Positions 10,766-22,699 are shown, counted from the stretch's first letter. The stretch is 64,000 nt of DNA from an uncultured bacterium (GCA_963749495.1 CAVVMW010000015.1:288001-352000); one strand, 5' to 3'. A program made the numbers and translations. Notes: generated by a model not told the origin, from the sequence alone.

Positions 10766-11215
10766 GACCACAACAACCCCAAACAACTCATCGACACCTA
10801 CGGGACTTTTGCGCTGCTATACAACTGGTTTCCGGCGGAGGCGCAGGAGATTCGCCAGTTCACCGAGCGGCCGCGGTCTGAGTTTTTTGCGGTGCGCCAC
10901 GCCTTTCTGGCCGAGGTGCTGGCCCGCCGCTGGTATCCTTACGAACAGACGGTCGTGATGCTCTTGCAGGCCGTGTTGGCCCGCAAACGCATCACCCGCT
11001 TTTTCGTCGGCGACATTTCCGACCTGCCCGAGGGGCGGGAATCCTTCGCCTCGGCGATGCAGCAAGTGGAGCGCACGGAACGCGTTCTCAAGGCGGTCTG
11101 GCGGGAACGCAACGCCGCTCAGCCCGGGTGGATTCAGAAGTACTATGCGCTGGCGTTGCGCTCGGAGCCGGTCCGGCGCGGTGCGTTAATCGTGCTGGAG
11201 AACATGCTGGGATAA
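10755..11215 (+). pseudogene. C-terminal fragment of a hypothetical protein
   Basis: Protein-like frame EIATDHNNPKQLIDTYG...LIVLENMLG*, ending 4 nt before the next gene. Confidence 0.5.
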
Positions 11216-11219
11216 CGCC

Positions 11220-11504
11220 ATGAACCGGATGTTGTACCACCAAAACCTGCGGCCGGTTAATTTCGTGTGCCGCGCAACTCAGGCGCAATCGGTCAGTCTG
11301 GTGGGGGACTTCAACCAATGGAACCCAACGGCCCATCCCATGAAACAGATGCCGGACCGTTCCTGGCTGCTCAACGTGGAGCTGAAGCACGGCCATCACC
11401 GCTATGCTTTCCTGGTGGACGGCGTTTTGTCTCTCGATCCGCATGCGCAAGGGATCACCCGCAACGACAAGGGCGAGAGGGTTTCCCTGGTGCCCGTCAG
11501 TTAG
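11220..11504 (+). CDS. Isoamylase early-set / CBM48 glycogen-binding domain protein
   Basis: AQSVSLVGDFNQWNP..HPM...W...ELKHG..RYAFLVDG...DP. Confidence 0.85.
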   Translation: MNRMLYHQNLRPVNFVCRATQAQSVSLVGDFNQWNPTAHPMKQMPDRSWLLNVELKHGHHRYAFLVDGVLSLDPHAQGITRNDKGERVSLVPVS

Positions 11505-11971
11505 CGGAGCTCGCCAGGTCAGGAGTCATCCCTGAGACCTTCTCCCAGGTCACGCGCTCGCGTCTCCACCGCCCGCATCACTGTGGCCCAGGTCCGAACG
11601 TAGTTACCGGCATGGTAGTTATTTCGCCACTGCCGCCTCCGGCAGCACATCGAGCCTTGGCCGAGCCTCATCTTTCGACACTCTGCCTCGAAGATGACGT
11701 GCTGGTCCGAGCCGTAAGCTCGGCCCCGGAGAAAACGCTCCCCATCTGGTCGCTGATTGGCCAAGCGGTAGCCCAACGAAACCTGCACGACCGGGCCGAG
11801 CGCCGCCGGGTCACGGCCAGCCTGCTGAGCAGGATGCGGAGTCTGCTCCGGCAGGGCGTGCTGGTCCGCGATGGCAGCAGGCACGTCCGGCTCAACGCCA
11901 TGCCGGAGCCCCGGCCCGCCGAGCCGCCCTGTCGGGTCCAAAACCTGCCTCCAGCGGTGAGGGCAACTGTA

Positions 11972-12141
11972 ATCGGGGTGGCCTGGTTCTCGCCCAGCGA
12001 CCCCAGGAAGATGATGCCGGAGACGCCGGAGGCGAGCAGCGCCTCGGCGCGCCGGCCGGTGGCCTCCAGGTCAAGGGACTGGTCTGCCTGGAGTTGGGTC
12101 GTAATCGCGGGGAACACGCCGCCCCAGCAGGGATTCTTCAT
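11972..12141 (-). pseudogene. N-terminal fragment of a dihydrodipicolinate synthase-family protein
   Basis: WGGVFPAITTQ...SLDLEAT...GVSGIIFLGSLGENQ. Confidence 0.8.
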
Positions 12142-12366
12142 CTTGCCACGGAACCTACTACAGGGAAGGGCGGCTGTCTTGGCTGGAAATGACAGGACTT
12201 CCCGGTCGAGGTGTCATTTTGAGCCAAGTTAAGCTGGCCTTCAATCGCACAAGATGGTAGGGTCAATACGATCCGGGTTAGACAGGCCTTGCGCGCCGGT
12301 CTTTTTGGTTTGAAGTATCTCTGAACGCAGGCCGCTGATGCCCGGCAAACCTCGACAAGTCAACTT

Positions 12367-15300
12367 ATGAAGAACACACGGAACCTGAGGGCGCTGGCCG
12401 GCGCATTCCTGGTCCTGGCCCTGGGCCTCTCCATCCAGGCGGGCTCGATCACCAACAACTTCGATGTCTCCCACGACTACCTCGCCGACGGCATCCTCGG
12501 TGACACAAACTGGGATGGCGTTTATCTCGGCTTCGGGGACGTACCGGGCGGGAACGACGGCGGGGATGGCGCGGGAGCCACCCTGGCGGCCAATGCCAAC
12601 CTGGGCTTCCCCGGCTTCCTCACCGTCCAGTCCACCGCCACGAGCTGGGCGGGCAATGGCGACGACGGGTTCTTTTTGTACAAGATGGTCGCGGGTGATT
12701 TTGATGTTTCGGTGAAGAACAGCCCTCCGTTTGACCCTCAGAATTACACCTTTTCGGGGCTTCTGGTCCGCGCCGCCGATTACCCCTCGGGCGGCCCGTT
12801 CAATCCCACCGGGACCAATGCCGCCGAAAACTGGATGAACATCACCCGGTTCCAGGAGTTTGGCATCGGCGATTCGGTCCGCTTTGCGACCAATGGCGCC
12901 GACACGGAGATCGACTATCCCGGAGACAACAGCGACACCAACAGCGCGCGCTATCTCAGGATCACTAGGACCGGGGATACTTTCACCTTCTACGACAAGA
13001 CCAACCAAAGCGATGGCTGGAGCCTCAAGACCAACTTCACGCGCGGCGACCTGAGCGGGGTGCCGATGCAGGTGGGGATTCAGCAGGCGGTGTTCACCGC
13101 CAACTCCCCGGCCGTGTACTTCACCGACTTCGAGCTGAGCGGCCCCAACGTTGGCGTGGGCACGCCGCCCGCCCCGCCTTCGGGGCTGACGTTTTCGGCC
13201 CCAAACCCCGGCGGCTCGATGACTCTGTCGTGGGCGCCCGGGACGGGCAGCGCCGGCAGCCTGGTCGTGATGCGGGCGAACAAGCCCATCACGGGGCAGC
13301 CTGCCTACGGGTTTGCGTATGCGGGCGACACCAACTTCGGGACGGCCCGCTTCCTTGGCTCTGCCGGCAACCACATCGTGTATGTCGGCACGGGGAGCAG
13401 CGTGACCGTGAGCGGCCTGGGCGGCAGCAACAACACCTACTCTGCCGCCGTTTTCTCCTTCGCCGGCTGGGCTCCTCGACGGTTTACAACACGGCCAGCC
13501 CGGCCACCAACAGCGCCGTCGGTCCAGGTACGCTCGCGGGGGTGAGCTTCACCCTGTCCCCGACCAACATCCCAGCGGGCGGGCTCGCGGCCGCGAAGCT
13601 CGTTGCCACTTACAGCAGCGGCGATTCCTACGACGTGAGCGCCGATCCGACCACCGTCTGGACCTCGAGCGACCCCACGGTCATCCTCGCCGGACCGGGG
13701 GTGCTGACCGGGGTCATCAACGGCTCAGCCACCATCACCGCCACCTATGCCGGCGTCCGCGGCAGCCAGCTCGTCTCCGTCCATGCCCCCGCCTACACGG
13801 ACAATTTCGGCTCCAGCTACGACTACGCCGCCAGCGGCGTCGCCGGCTCGACGTGGGATGGAGTGTACCTGCGCTTTGGCGATTTGCCCGGCGGCAATAA
13901 CGGAGGTGACGGCAACGGGAGCACCACGGTCGCCAACGCAAACATCGCCAGCAACAACGTCCTCACCATCACAGCCAAGGCGACGTCCTGGGCGGGCGCG
14001 GGCGACGACGGCTTCTTCCTGTTCAAGGTCGTGCCAGGTGATTTCCAGGTGGCCGTCCACATGAACTCCCTGCAAAAGGTGGGATACCAGTTCGCCGGCC
14101 TCATGGCCCGCGCCGCCGGCCCGGATGGCGCGCCCTTCGGCGGTTCGGAGAAACTGGGTGGACTGGGCCGAGTTCGAAGAATTCAACGACTCCACCGAGG
14201 CGCGCACTGCCGTTGCCGGCGTTGACACCGAATACCCGACGTTTGACGGCGCCACCTCGGATTTCTGGCTCCTGATGACCCGGGAAAACGGGACCAACTT
14301 CAACTTCTACAGGCGGGTCAGCGCGACGGACCCCTGGGAGGCACAGCCGATGGGGACGCTGGTCCATGCGGCGCTGACCAACGGGCTGCCGCTGCAGGTC
14401 GGCCTATGTGAAGCGATGTTCACGGGCGCTCTTGGCACCGCGGGTTTCGACAGCTTCATGCTCGACGCCACCAACATCGCGGGCGGCGCGCCGCCCTCCG
14501 CAGCCTCCGGCTTGACCCTGGCGCTCAACCCCGACAACGTCTCCATGAACTTGACCTGGGCCCCGGGGACCAACAGCGACGGCAGCCAGGCCACCAGCAT
14601 GGTGATCCTGCGGGCGGGCGCGCCGGTGTCCGAGCAACCTTACTTCGGCTTCCTCTCCACGGCCGACGCCCGTTTTGGGTTCGGGACCGACCTGGGCAGC
14701 GGCAACTACGTGGTCTATCGCGCGGTGGGCACCAACGTGACGGTGACCGGCCTCACGCCGGGGACCGTCTATTATGCCGCCGTTTACTCGTATTCCGGTT
14801 CGGGCAGCACCAAGGTGTTCAATCAGCAGACCCTGGCGGTGGGCAGCCTGGCCGCCGGCACCCTGGCGGGCATCACTACGACGCTGCCGGGCAATGGGAT
14901 TCCCATGGGCGGCATTGGTTTGCCCGTGGTGCACGCCCTTTACAGCGGCGGCGGCGGCGGGGACATCAGCAGCCTGGCCACGCTGGTTTCCAGCGACCCG
15001 AACGTGATCGTCGCCAATAACGGCGTGCTGACCGGGCTGACGAATGGCTCAGCCACAATTACCGCCACCTACCAGAACTTCACCAACACCTTCGTCGCGA
15101 GGGTGCGGCCGCCCGGATTCACCGACGACTTTGCCGTCAGCCATGATTACCTGGCCGGCGGCGTGGGCGGCACGGCATGGGACGGGGTTTACGAGCACCC
15201 GGGCGACATTCCCGGGACCGCGTTCGTGTCGGACCCGCTTGCGGCCGTGAGCGTGGCAGACGCCAATATCTCGAGCAACGGCGTGCTGACCGTGACCAGC

Positions 15301-16027
15301 GAGAACGTCGGCTGGGAGTTTGGCCAGAACGATGGCTTTTTCCTCTTCAAATATGTTCCGGGGGACTTCCAGGCGGCCGTCCATCTCAACTCCTTTGAAC
15401 GTCATCGGCTACGACAACCCCGGTCTCATGGCCCGCGCCTACGGGATCGACGCCCGCGGAGATGTGGGGACGGCTTTCGACAGTGGGACCAACGAAGCCT
15501 GGGTCTCCTGGACCCGCTTCGACGAGTTCGCCATCGGCACCTACGCCCGCCTGACCCTCCCGGTCAACAACACCACCCGGAGCACGCAGCCGGATCCTGG
15601 GGACGCCAACTACTGGCTCCTCATCGCCAGGCAGAATGGGACCAATTTCTCGTTCTACCAGAGGCTCAACGCGACCGACCCATGGACGCCGTGTCCCGAA
15701 GGAACGACCTATTCGGTGGCGCCTTTCGCGGGCGTGCCCATGCAGGTCGGCCTCTCGGCGGGAGGATTCGACAGCGGCGCCAGTGTGACCGTGCGGTTTG
15801 ACGGCTTCATGCTCGACGCAACCTCGGAATCGCTGCTGGTCAGCGCCTCCCTCGACGCCATCGTCCTGCGCTGGCTGCCGGCGGCCGGCGTGTCGCTGCA
15901 ATCCACGCTGCGCCTCAACCCGCCAAACTGGCAACCCGTCCCCACCCAACCGGTCCTCTTCGGGTTATACAATACCGTCACGTTGCCGATGACCAACGCA
16001 ACCTCCTTCTTCCGGCTGGTCCATTAG
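12367..16027 (+). CDS. Large secreted repeat protein (three beta-sandwich modules interleaved with FN3-like and Big_2-like domains); frameshifts near 13469, 14152 and 15394
   Basis: Signal peptide. The module NFxxSxDY..WDGVY..GDxPG..DGFFLxK..GDF occurs three times. WTSSDPTV...G.ATITATY Ig motifs. Four ORFs join by single-base fixes. Confidence 0.8.
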
Positions 16028-16151
16028 GAGCGCGATGAAAGGGACCTTTCCATGTGGGATCGCCAGGCCGGGGACGGACGCCGCCGGGCACCCCGGCCCC
16101 GGCCCCGATCGCGGAAGGCAAGAACTTGAGTATGACAGGCAAAGGTTTTCT

Positions 16152-16934
16152 ATGAGAGCAGGTCCCTTAAATCTGCAAGACGCGTCGGGCTCGCGCCCCC
16201 GGCCGGCCTTCACCTTGATCGAATTGCTCGTGGTCATCGCGATCATTGCCATCCTGGCGGCCCTGCTCCTGCCGGCCCTGGCCCAGGCCAAGGAGAGAGC
16301 CAAGCGCACGCAGTGCAAGAATAACCAGAGGCAATTCACCCTCGCCCTGCTCATGTACGGCAACGACAATAAAGACCGTTTGCCGGCCCACGACCAGACG
16401 CAGATGGGGTCGCAGGGCTACTGGGTATGGGACCTCCCGTGGGACGTGGGCACGACGATGGTCCGCAGCGGCACCGAATACAAGACCTATTATTGCCCGG
16501 GAACCGCGCCCAGGTTCACCGAGGCCGACTGGCTGGCTCTTTGGAACTATGCCTCCAACAGCTACCACGTGCTCGGCTACGCGATGACCCTGCCCAACAC
16601 GGCGGCGCTGGCTGCTTCCAACCAGAACACCAGGATCTACCCCCAACCCATTCAGATCGGCCCATTATCTGTGACGCCGGCCATCAGCGAGCGTGTGCTC
16701 ATCGCCGATGCGACACTCTCGCTCCCCGGCGAGGACATCCCGAGCCGGCGCTTCACCTACAATTTCACGTCCGTGCCGGGCGGCTATTCCAAGCCCCACA
16801 CCAGCCCGCACCTCAAGGGCTTGATCCCCGCCGGCGGAAACCAGGGAATGCTCGACGGCCACGTCGAGTGGCGCAAATTCGAATTGTTCAACGTCCGGAC
16901 CCTGGCCTCGGGGGACCCAACCTTCTGGTGGTAG
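16152..16934 (+). CDS. Prepilin-type N-terminal cleavage/methylation protein with H-X9-DG-type motif
   Basis: [32 protein letters not shown] and H...[13 protein letters not shown]. Confidence 0.9.
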   Translation: MRAGPLNLQDASGSRPRPAFTLIELLVVIAIIAILAALLLPALAQAKERAKRTQCKNNQRQFTLALLMYGNDNKDRLPAHDQTQMGSQGYWVWDLPWDVGTTMVRSGTEYKTYYCPGTAPRFTEADWLALWNYASNSYHVLGYAMTLPNTAALAASNQNTRIYPQPIQIGPLSVTPAISERVLIADATLSLPGEDIPSRRFTYNFTSVPGGYSKPHTSPHLKGLIPAGGNQGMLDGHVEWRKFELFNVRTLASGDPTFWW

Positions 16935-17018
16935 CCGCGTAAGGTCAAAAAGCCCATCCAAGCCGCTCCCGGTGCAATTTTTTCGCCCTGGTCTTCGACT
17001 ACCTCCACCGATACGCAC

Positions 17019-17408
17019 GTGATCGTCCGTGCAGACGGAGCAGAGCCGGCCGCTTGGCTAAGCGGTGAGACCTCGCCGGATTGCCCGGCCGCGCTGACGC
17101 ATCAGTATGGCCTGGGCCGGGTGGCGTACCTGCCCGGGCGATTCGACTCGACTCAATGTTACGAATTGACCCCGGCAATCGAGCGGCTGATGGCGAGTGC
17201 CCTGCGCTATGTCGCACCCGCCGGGCTGCCGGTCGAGGTCCAGGCGCCGGGTGTCATAGGGGTGCCCGCTCTTTCGCCAGCCCAGGCGCCTGGCGCTCCA
17301 CCTCATGAACTACCAACGCGACAGCCGCTTCGGTTCCGACCGTTGCGATCCGATCCCCCAGGTAAGCTTGCGCGCACGGCTGCCAGGCATGGTCAAGGTA
17401 AGGCATGA
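17019..17408 (+). pseudogene. C-terminal fragment, beta-galactosidase trimerisation/GATase-like domain
   Basis: PAALTHQYGLGRVAYLPG...LPVEVQAP, then ...RLALHLMNY after a frameshift. Confidence 0.5.
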
Positions 17409-18242
17409 ACAGCTATTCCAAGATCCTGGCCTGCGCATTGATCTTTTTTGCTCAATCAGGGTCCGGCGCCGGGGTGGGGATAGAATCCTCAGGAGCGGCT
17501 CGCGGCATGTACTTTTCCAAGAAGAGCTACCCACCGGCGCCGCTGCCCCGGTTTGCCGAGCTGCGCGACCGGCTGCCGTCGCCCGTTTTTGGGGAAAGGC
17601 CCGAGTGGGTATCCATGTACTGGAAAAGCTGGGAACTGGCATTCAAGAACTTCCATGAGCCGGCTGCGGGCAGCGGCTATGTTTCCCAGTTTATCGATGC
17701 CGCGTTCAACCAGAACACCTTTTTGTGGGACACATGTTTCATGGGTTTATGAGCCGCTGGTGCGCTACTACCGCGCGCTCCAAAAGTATCTGCGCCAGGG
17801 CAGCGGGCTTTATGTGACCGACTGGGCGAGCATGGACAACTCGCCTCGGAACGCGTTCCTGAAGGGCGGCGGCTGCGCCATTGACACGTCCAGCCAGATG
17901 GCGCTCTTTGGGCGGAACCTCGCCACCATTGCCGAGTCCTTGGGCAAGGCGCCCGAGGCCGCCGGATTTGCGCGCGAAGCCGACGATTTGGGCGCGGCGA
18001 TCAATGCCCTGATGTGGGAGGTGGCTTCGGCGAAACCGCTGGGTGTCGAACGGTTCCGATTCAACGGGCACGTGGTTCCGCTCAAGGCAGAACCCGCAGG
18101 CGGCGATAGGCCGTCGCTGAAGTTGTCGGTCTCCTCGGATGGGCCTTTCAAGCTCCTGGTCCGGCATGGTGGGAGGGAGGAAACCTACGCTGTTGCCGAG
18201 GGACAAAACGCGTTTTCCTTTCCGCCGCTGAAGCGGACGTAA
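17405..18242 (+). pseudogene. MGH1-like (GH63/trehalase-type) glycoside hydrolase with two internal deletions (about 17743 and 18028)
   Basis: Signal peptide; MYWKSWELAF...FIDAAFN..FLWDTCFM | VYEPL...WASMDNSPR...INALMW | KPLGVERFRF. Confidence 0.75.
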
Positions 18243-18343
18243 AACGATGTTTATGTATTGTCCACCATGTTGAAAGAGAATTGATGCCAGATGTGCTGGC
18301 CTTCATGAAAGCGTTTGGGAAAGAATGGCGCTGTATGGCTTTA

Positions 18344-18646
18344 AGAAACGCCAGACTCACTTGCGCGGCACCGCTCCTCACCATCGTGCTGGGGCTGGCA
18401 GGTTATCCGTGCCTCTCTCTGGCAGCCCCCGACGCGGAGGAACTCCTTCTCTGCGGGCACAAGGAGGTCTTTGCCCTGGACCTCGAGGGAGGCGGAAAGA
18501 AGGTGTGGAGCTGGTGGTCGTCCCGCGTTTTGTTCCTCGGGCCGGAGGGCGAGATCCAACGTCCTGGCGAGCGTCTCTACAAGGCACGATGGAACGTCCC
18601 TACACTCCCGCTTCATGGTTCTAAGCCGGGACAAACCACCAGATAG
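18344..18646 (+). pseudogene. Secreted hypothetical protein with internal deletion (DUF6528-like ends)
   Basis: ELLLCGHKEVF...KVWSW joined directly to WSS...RLYKARW. Confidence 0.4.
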
Positions 18647-18720
18647 TGCTCCCGGTCAGGGCTGGACTGAAACCGCGCCCAGCAGAGGTGCGTCATGCAA
18701 AGGCAGTCGCAGCCTTTCGG

Positions 18721-19749
18721 TCATGGTTCGGAGACAGCGTCCTGGGGTCTGTCCAGACGCCACAGCCCGGCAGCGGACGCCTGTTCGGTGGCCTGCCGGA
18801 ACTCGGAGCCAAAGAGCCGCCGGCTGATCGCGCTGAACTGTGGCTCCCTTTCGGCTTTGTGGGCTGGACAGTATTGGTCCATCAGATTCACATAGGTGTC
18901 GGGCGAGAGCTCGTTCCCCAGCCAATGGAGAATGGACCGCGTGTCCGCGAGCAGGCCAGGCATGACCAGATGCCTGACGAGCAGGCCACGCAATGCGAGC
19001 CCATCCTCGTCCACTTGCAGAACCCCGACTTGCTCGTGCATGGCTTTGATGGCGTGACGCGCGGCTTCGGGATAGTCCCGGGCCCGGAGGTACTTGGCGC
19101 AGGATTGCGGGTCCCACAGCTTGAAGTCGGGCATGTAGAGGTCCACCACGCCGTCCATCAACCGGATGCTCTGGACGCTATCGTAGGCGCCCGTGTTATA
19201 GACCAGCGGCAGCCGCAACCCCCTGGGAATAGCGATCAGCAGTGCTTCCAGGATCTGCGGCACGACGTGCTCCGGTGTGACAAAATTGATATTGTGGCAA
19301 CCCGCCTCTTGCAAGCGCAACATCACGGCCGCCAACTGGTCGGCGTTCTGCTCCTGCCCCTCGCCAAGCTGGCTGGTCTCATAATTCTGGCAGAAAACAC
19401 ACCCGAGATTGCAGCCGGCAAAGAAAATCGTTCCCGATCCCCTCCAGCCGCGCAGGCAGCGCTCTTCCCCGAAGTGGGGAAACGCGCTGGCGACCCGCGC
19501 GTAGCGGCCGGTCTTGCAGACGCCGGCTTTGTCGTCCCAGCGGCTCACGCGGCAATCTCGCGGGCAGACCCGGCAAGGATGGAGCAATTCCTGGGCGGCC
19601 GTGGCTCTCTCGGTGAGCTGCCCGGATTCGTAGGCTTTCAGATAAGCGGGAACAAAGTCACGCCGCGCACGCACGAAGCGGTCGCCGCCACCCAGCGCCC
19701 TCGAAGGACGGTGGCGCGCGTGGGTCTGGGTTTGGGAGATTTCACCCAT
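18721..19749 (-). CDS. Radical SAM protein, PflX-like (copy 1)
   Basis: CRVCPRDC, GSGTIFFAGCNLGCVFCQN (CxxxCxxC), NINFVTP, GLLVRHLVMPG, NLMDQY. Confidence 0.9.
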   Translation of the reverse strand: MGEISQTQTHARHRPSRALGGGDRFVRARRDFVPAYLKAYESGQLTERATAAQELLHPCRVCPRDCRVSRWDDKAGVCKTGRYARVASAFPHFGEERCLRGWRGSGTIFFAGCNLGCVFCQNYETSQLGEGQEQNADQLAAVMLRLQEAGCHNINFVTPEHVVPQILEALLIAIPRGLRLPLVYNTGAYDSVQSIRLMDGVVDLYMPDFKLWDPQSCAKYLRARDYPEAARHAIKAMHEQVGVLQVDEDGLALRGLLVRHLVMPGLLADTRSILHWLGNELSPDTYVNLMDQYCPAHKAEREPQFSAISRRLFGSEFRQATEQASAAGLWRLDRPQDAVSEP

Positions 19750-19896
19750 TGCAGGGCCTTTTCTGCCATCATCGTAACACCCAAGGCAAGCCCGATCCTG
19801 CACGGGGCGGCGCCTCAGGTTTCGTGGTTTTCCTCCGGCTGGCGATTTGCTATCTTGACCACAACAGCTCTCAATTCAACCCGAACCCTGATCGCC

Positions 19897-20893
19897 ATGC
19901 CGGGCAAACCTGACACCGGAGTATGAGAAAGCCGAGTTGCGGTATCGGCAGGCGGCGACTGACCAGGAGCGCGTGGCGGCCTTGCAAGAAATGCTCGCCG
20001 CCATTCCCAAACACAAGGGCACCGAGAAGATGCAGGCCGACCTCAAGCGCCGCCTGAGCCAACTGCGGAAGGCCGATCAGCAAGCCCGCCACAGCAAAGG
20101 ACCCGACCCCTTTCATATTCCCAAGAGCGGCGCCGGACAGGTCGTGATCATTGGGCCGCCCAACACCGGAAAGAGCAGCCTGTTGGCCGTCACCACCCAG
20201 GCGAGTCCGAAAGTTGCGGATTACCCTTTTGCTACGGCCGTGCCGTTGCCGGGCATGTGGCATCAGGACGACGTGCAGATCGAGTTGGTGGATACGCCCC
20301 CGCTTACCCCTGAGCATGTTCCACCTGGTTTGCTGGGGACGATTCGGGGCGCCGACGTGGTCGGTGTCATGGTGGAGGCGGGTGAGGCGGCGCTCGACCA
20401 GGTGGAGATAGTGCTGGAGATTCTCAAAGCGCGAGGGTTGGTGCTGCACTCATTGCCGCGGAACCGCCTGCCTCCGGGGGATGCTGCTCAGCGCCCCGGG
20501 CTCATCATCGCGAATAAAGCCGACGCCGCCACCCCGCAGGCCATCGAGACACTGCGGAGCCTTTACGGCCCCTCTGGAAGCGATGCCCGCCTGGAAGTGG
20601 TGGCGATCAGCACCCGGTTGCGGCAGGGATTGGCGGAACTCTTCGTCCGGCTCTGGGAACTGCTGGGCGCGATCCGCGTGTACACGAAACAGCCCGGCCT
20701 GCCGCCCGACCTCCACAAGCCATTCGTTGTCCCGCTCGGCGCCACGGTTGCGGATCTGGCTCTCCAGATTCATCGCGATTTGCCTGAACGGATGAAATTC
20801 GCCCGGCTGTGGGGACACAGCCGATTCGAAGGCCAACAAGTCCACAAAACCGAAATCCTGCGGGACCGGGATGTGGTGGAGATCCACGAGTGA
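19897..20893 (+). CDS. DRG/OBG-family GTPase with C-terminal TGS domain; one extra G near 19903
   Basis: MPANLTPEYEKAE after the fix, IPKHKGTE, GPPNTGKSS, YPFAT, DTPP, NKAD, IRVYTK, LRDRDVVEIH. Confidence 0.9.
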
Positions 20894-20949
20894 ACCGATT
20901 CCGGGGTTCGAGTTGTTCGCGGATGAAGGGGTGGGCGCGGAGCACGGAC

Positions 20950-21258
20950 GCGTCGCGTTCAATGCTGGCGGCGGGCCTTGGGATGAGCAAGTCGCAAATC
21001 GTGGCAAATTACTTGGGGCCGGCCGACAGCAGATACGGCTTTCCATGGATCATGCGCCAGCGTCCGTGTCCTTTCCTGAAGGACAACCGCTGCACGGTGC
21101 ACGACCATCGTCCCGCCAGTTGTCGCGACTATCCTTACCTGGACAAGCCGGATTTTACCTCACGCACCCTGCGCATGGTTGATCGTATTTCCGAGTGCCC
21201 GGCCGTGCTCGAAGTTTGGGAAGAACTGAAGCAAGCAACTGGTTTTCGGCGCTGGTAA
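20950..21258 (+). pseudogene. C-terminal fragment of a YkgJ-family cysteine-cluster protein
   Basis: PCPFLKDNRCTVHDHRPASCRDYP; the N-terminal CxxCxxCC is missing. Confidence 0.75.
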
Positions 21259-21320
21259 CGCTCCACCGTCGCTCCTCACTCTCCAGGAACCCCGTTTCGA
21301 TTCGCTCTTCTCGGAGATCG

Positions 21321-21526
21321 AACAGCCAAGGCAAAGCGCGATCGAGCAAACGCGCGGCTCTCAGCGCCGGGGAACCCGGTCCGGCACCAGACCGCGGAGC
21401 GGTTTGTCGCGCGGCTGATCCTCTGGGTTGTAGGGCTGGTTCCAGTCGTGCTTCAATTGGCCGGGTTCCTGAAGGACCAGCAACCCTTCGAGGTTGCCCG
21501 AGACGCGGCCAATGATGCTGACGCCG
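21321..21526. repeat. Diverged direct repeat, copy A (copy B at 22963-23168); 3' end of a hypothetical gene plus flank
   Basis: Both copies encode SIIGRVSGNLEGLLVLQEPGQxKHDWNQPxNPxDQPRDKPLRGLxPDRVPRR* on the minus strand. Confidence 0.85.
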
Positions 21527-21583
21527 ATCAACTGTTCCATCGAGCGATTTGAAGGCGTGTCCCTCCCCAAGGGCGTCCCCCCT

Positions 21584-21988
21584 TCATGGGTAACGGTCGA
21601 CTCGGTGGAGTTCTGCCCGTACGCGAACGCGCCGGGGGTCGTTGAAGCGGAGCAACTCGACCGTGGCGCGGCCAACCGCTGTACGCCCAATGATGCGAGC
21701 GCCATTAAGGAGGAAATGCTTGGTCCATTTGTCGCGCCGTGGATGGAAAAGCGGAACCACCCGCCCCGTCTCGGGGTCCACCGATGAGATATTGGGACCC
21801 TTCCGGCGATTGCAGTCGAAACAGGCCAGCGCCAAGTTGTCGGGCGCAGTTGCGCCGCGATGCTGCACGGCAATGATATGGTCGGGCTCGTGAAGCGCTA
21901 CAAAGACCTCGCCGATGAGACAGTATTCACAGCGATTTCGAGCACACTCGCGCACCAAGCCGCGCAGGATGTCCGGAATTTGGCTCAC
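21584..21988 (-). CDS. HNH endonuclease
   Basis: RCEYC...DHII...HRG...NLALACFDCN..KG, LFHPR..KW..HF, GRATVELL. Confidence 0.9.
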   Translation of the reverse strand: MSQIPDILRGLVRECARNRCEYCLIGEVFVALHEPDHIIAVQHRGATAPDNLALACFDCNRRKGPNISSVDPETGRVVPLFHPRRDKWTKHFLLNGARIIGRTAVGRATVELLRFNDPRRVRVRAELHRVDRYP

Positions 21989-22326
21989 GAGGCCGCGGAC
22001 ACATGTTGCCAGGCGCGCGCCTTGATGAGGGCGAACAGGTGGTTTGCAGACTCGATCCCGTCCAGTTCCGCCTCCTCCTCGGGTGTGAGCGTGCCGGTGC
22101 GATTCTTGTCCAGCAGTTCCCGCACGCGCTGCTGTGATTTCTCCGAGCCATGAAAGGCCACGATCTCCTCAGGCTGAGGACCCTTGCCCAGGAATTCCGT
22201 CACCTCCTCCAGAAAAGCAAGGTTCGGCATCTGCTGCAGAAGCCGAGTGATCAGCTTTTCCAGTCCCTCACGGCCCAGTCCCAACCGTCGCGCCTGCTCA
22301 TCGGAAACCACAATGGTCAATTGCAT
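21985..22326 (-). CDS. Small helical protein coupled to the HNH gene (putative antitoxin)
   Basis: QRVRELLDKNRTGTLTPEEEAELD; 4-nt overlap with the HNH gene start. Confidence 0.7.
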   Translation of the reverse strand: MQLTIVVSDEQARRLGLGREGLEKLITRLLQQMPNLAFLEEVTEFLGKGPQPEEIVAFHGSEKSQQRVRELLDKNRTGTLTPEEEAELDGIESANHLFALIKARAWQHVSAAS

Positions 22327-22699
22327 GAGAATAGTCTATTGCTGGGGCCCCCAGTTGGTCAACCCTCCGAAACGGCGAAGCGCTTGGAACACTGGATCTC
22401 GAGGACCGGAACAATCGGGGCCCCAATTAGCCGCTGGTCGTGCGGTTTACAGTGCCTGCCGCGGGCGCCTGTGCGAGCACTGGCAGCTTTTGGGCTGATT
22501 GGGTTGATCCCACCTATCACAGCGAGACGGATGCTCAAGTATCTCACAGCAATCATCAGCGCATCACGGAATCTCCATTTCAAGAAAGTCCCAGATTGAC
22601 CCCTTCTTCGTTCCCGACCTCGGCGCCACCGCCGCGCTGCTTGGCCCGGCCCGGGGCTCCCGGCCGAGTAAACGATCACCTCGGACCCTGGAACCAGGT

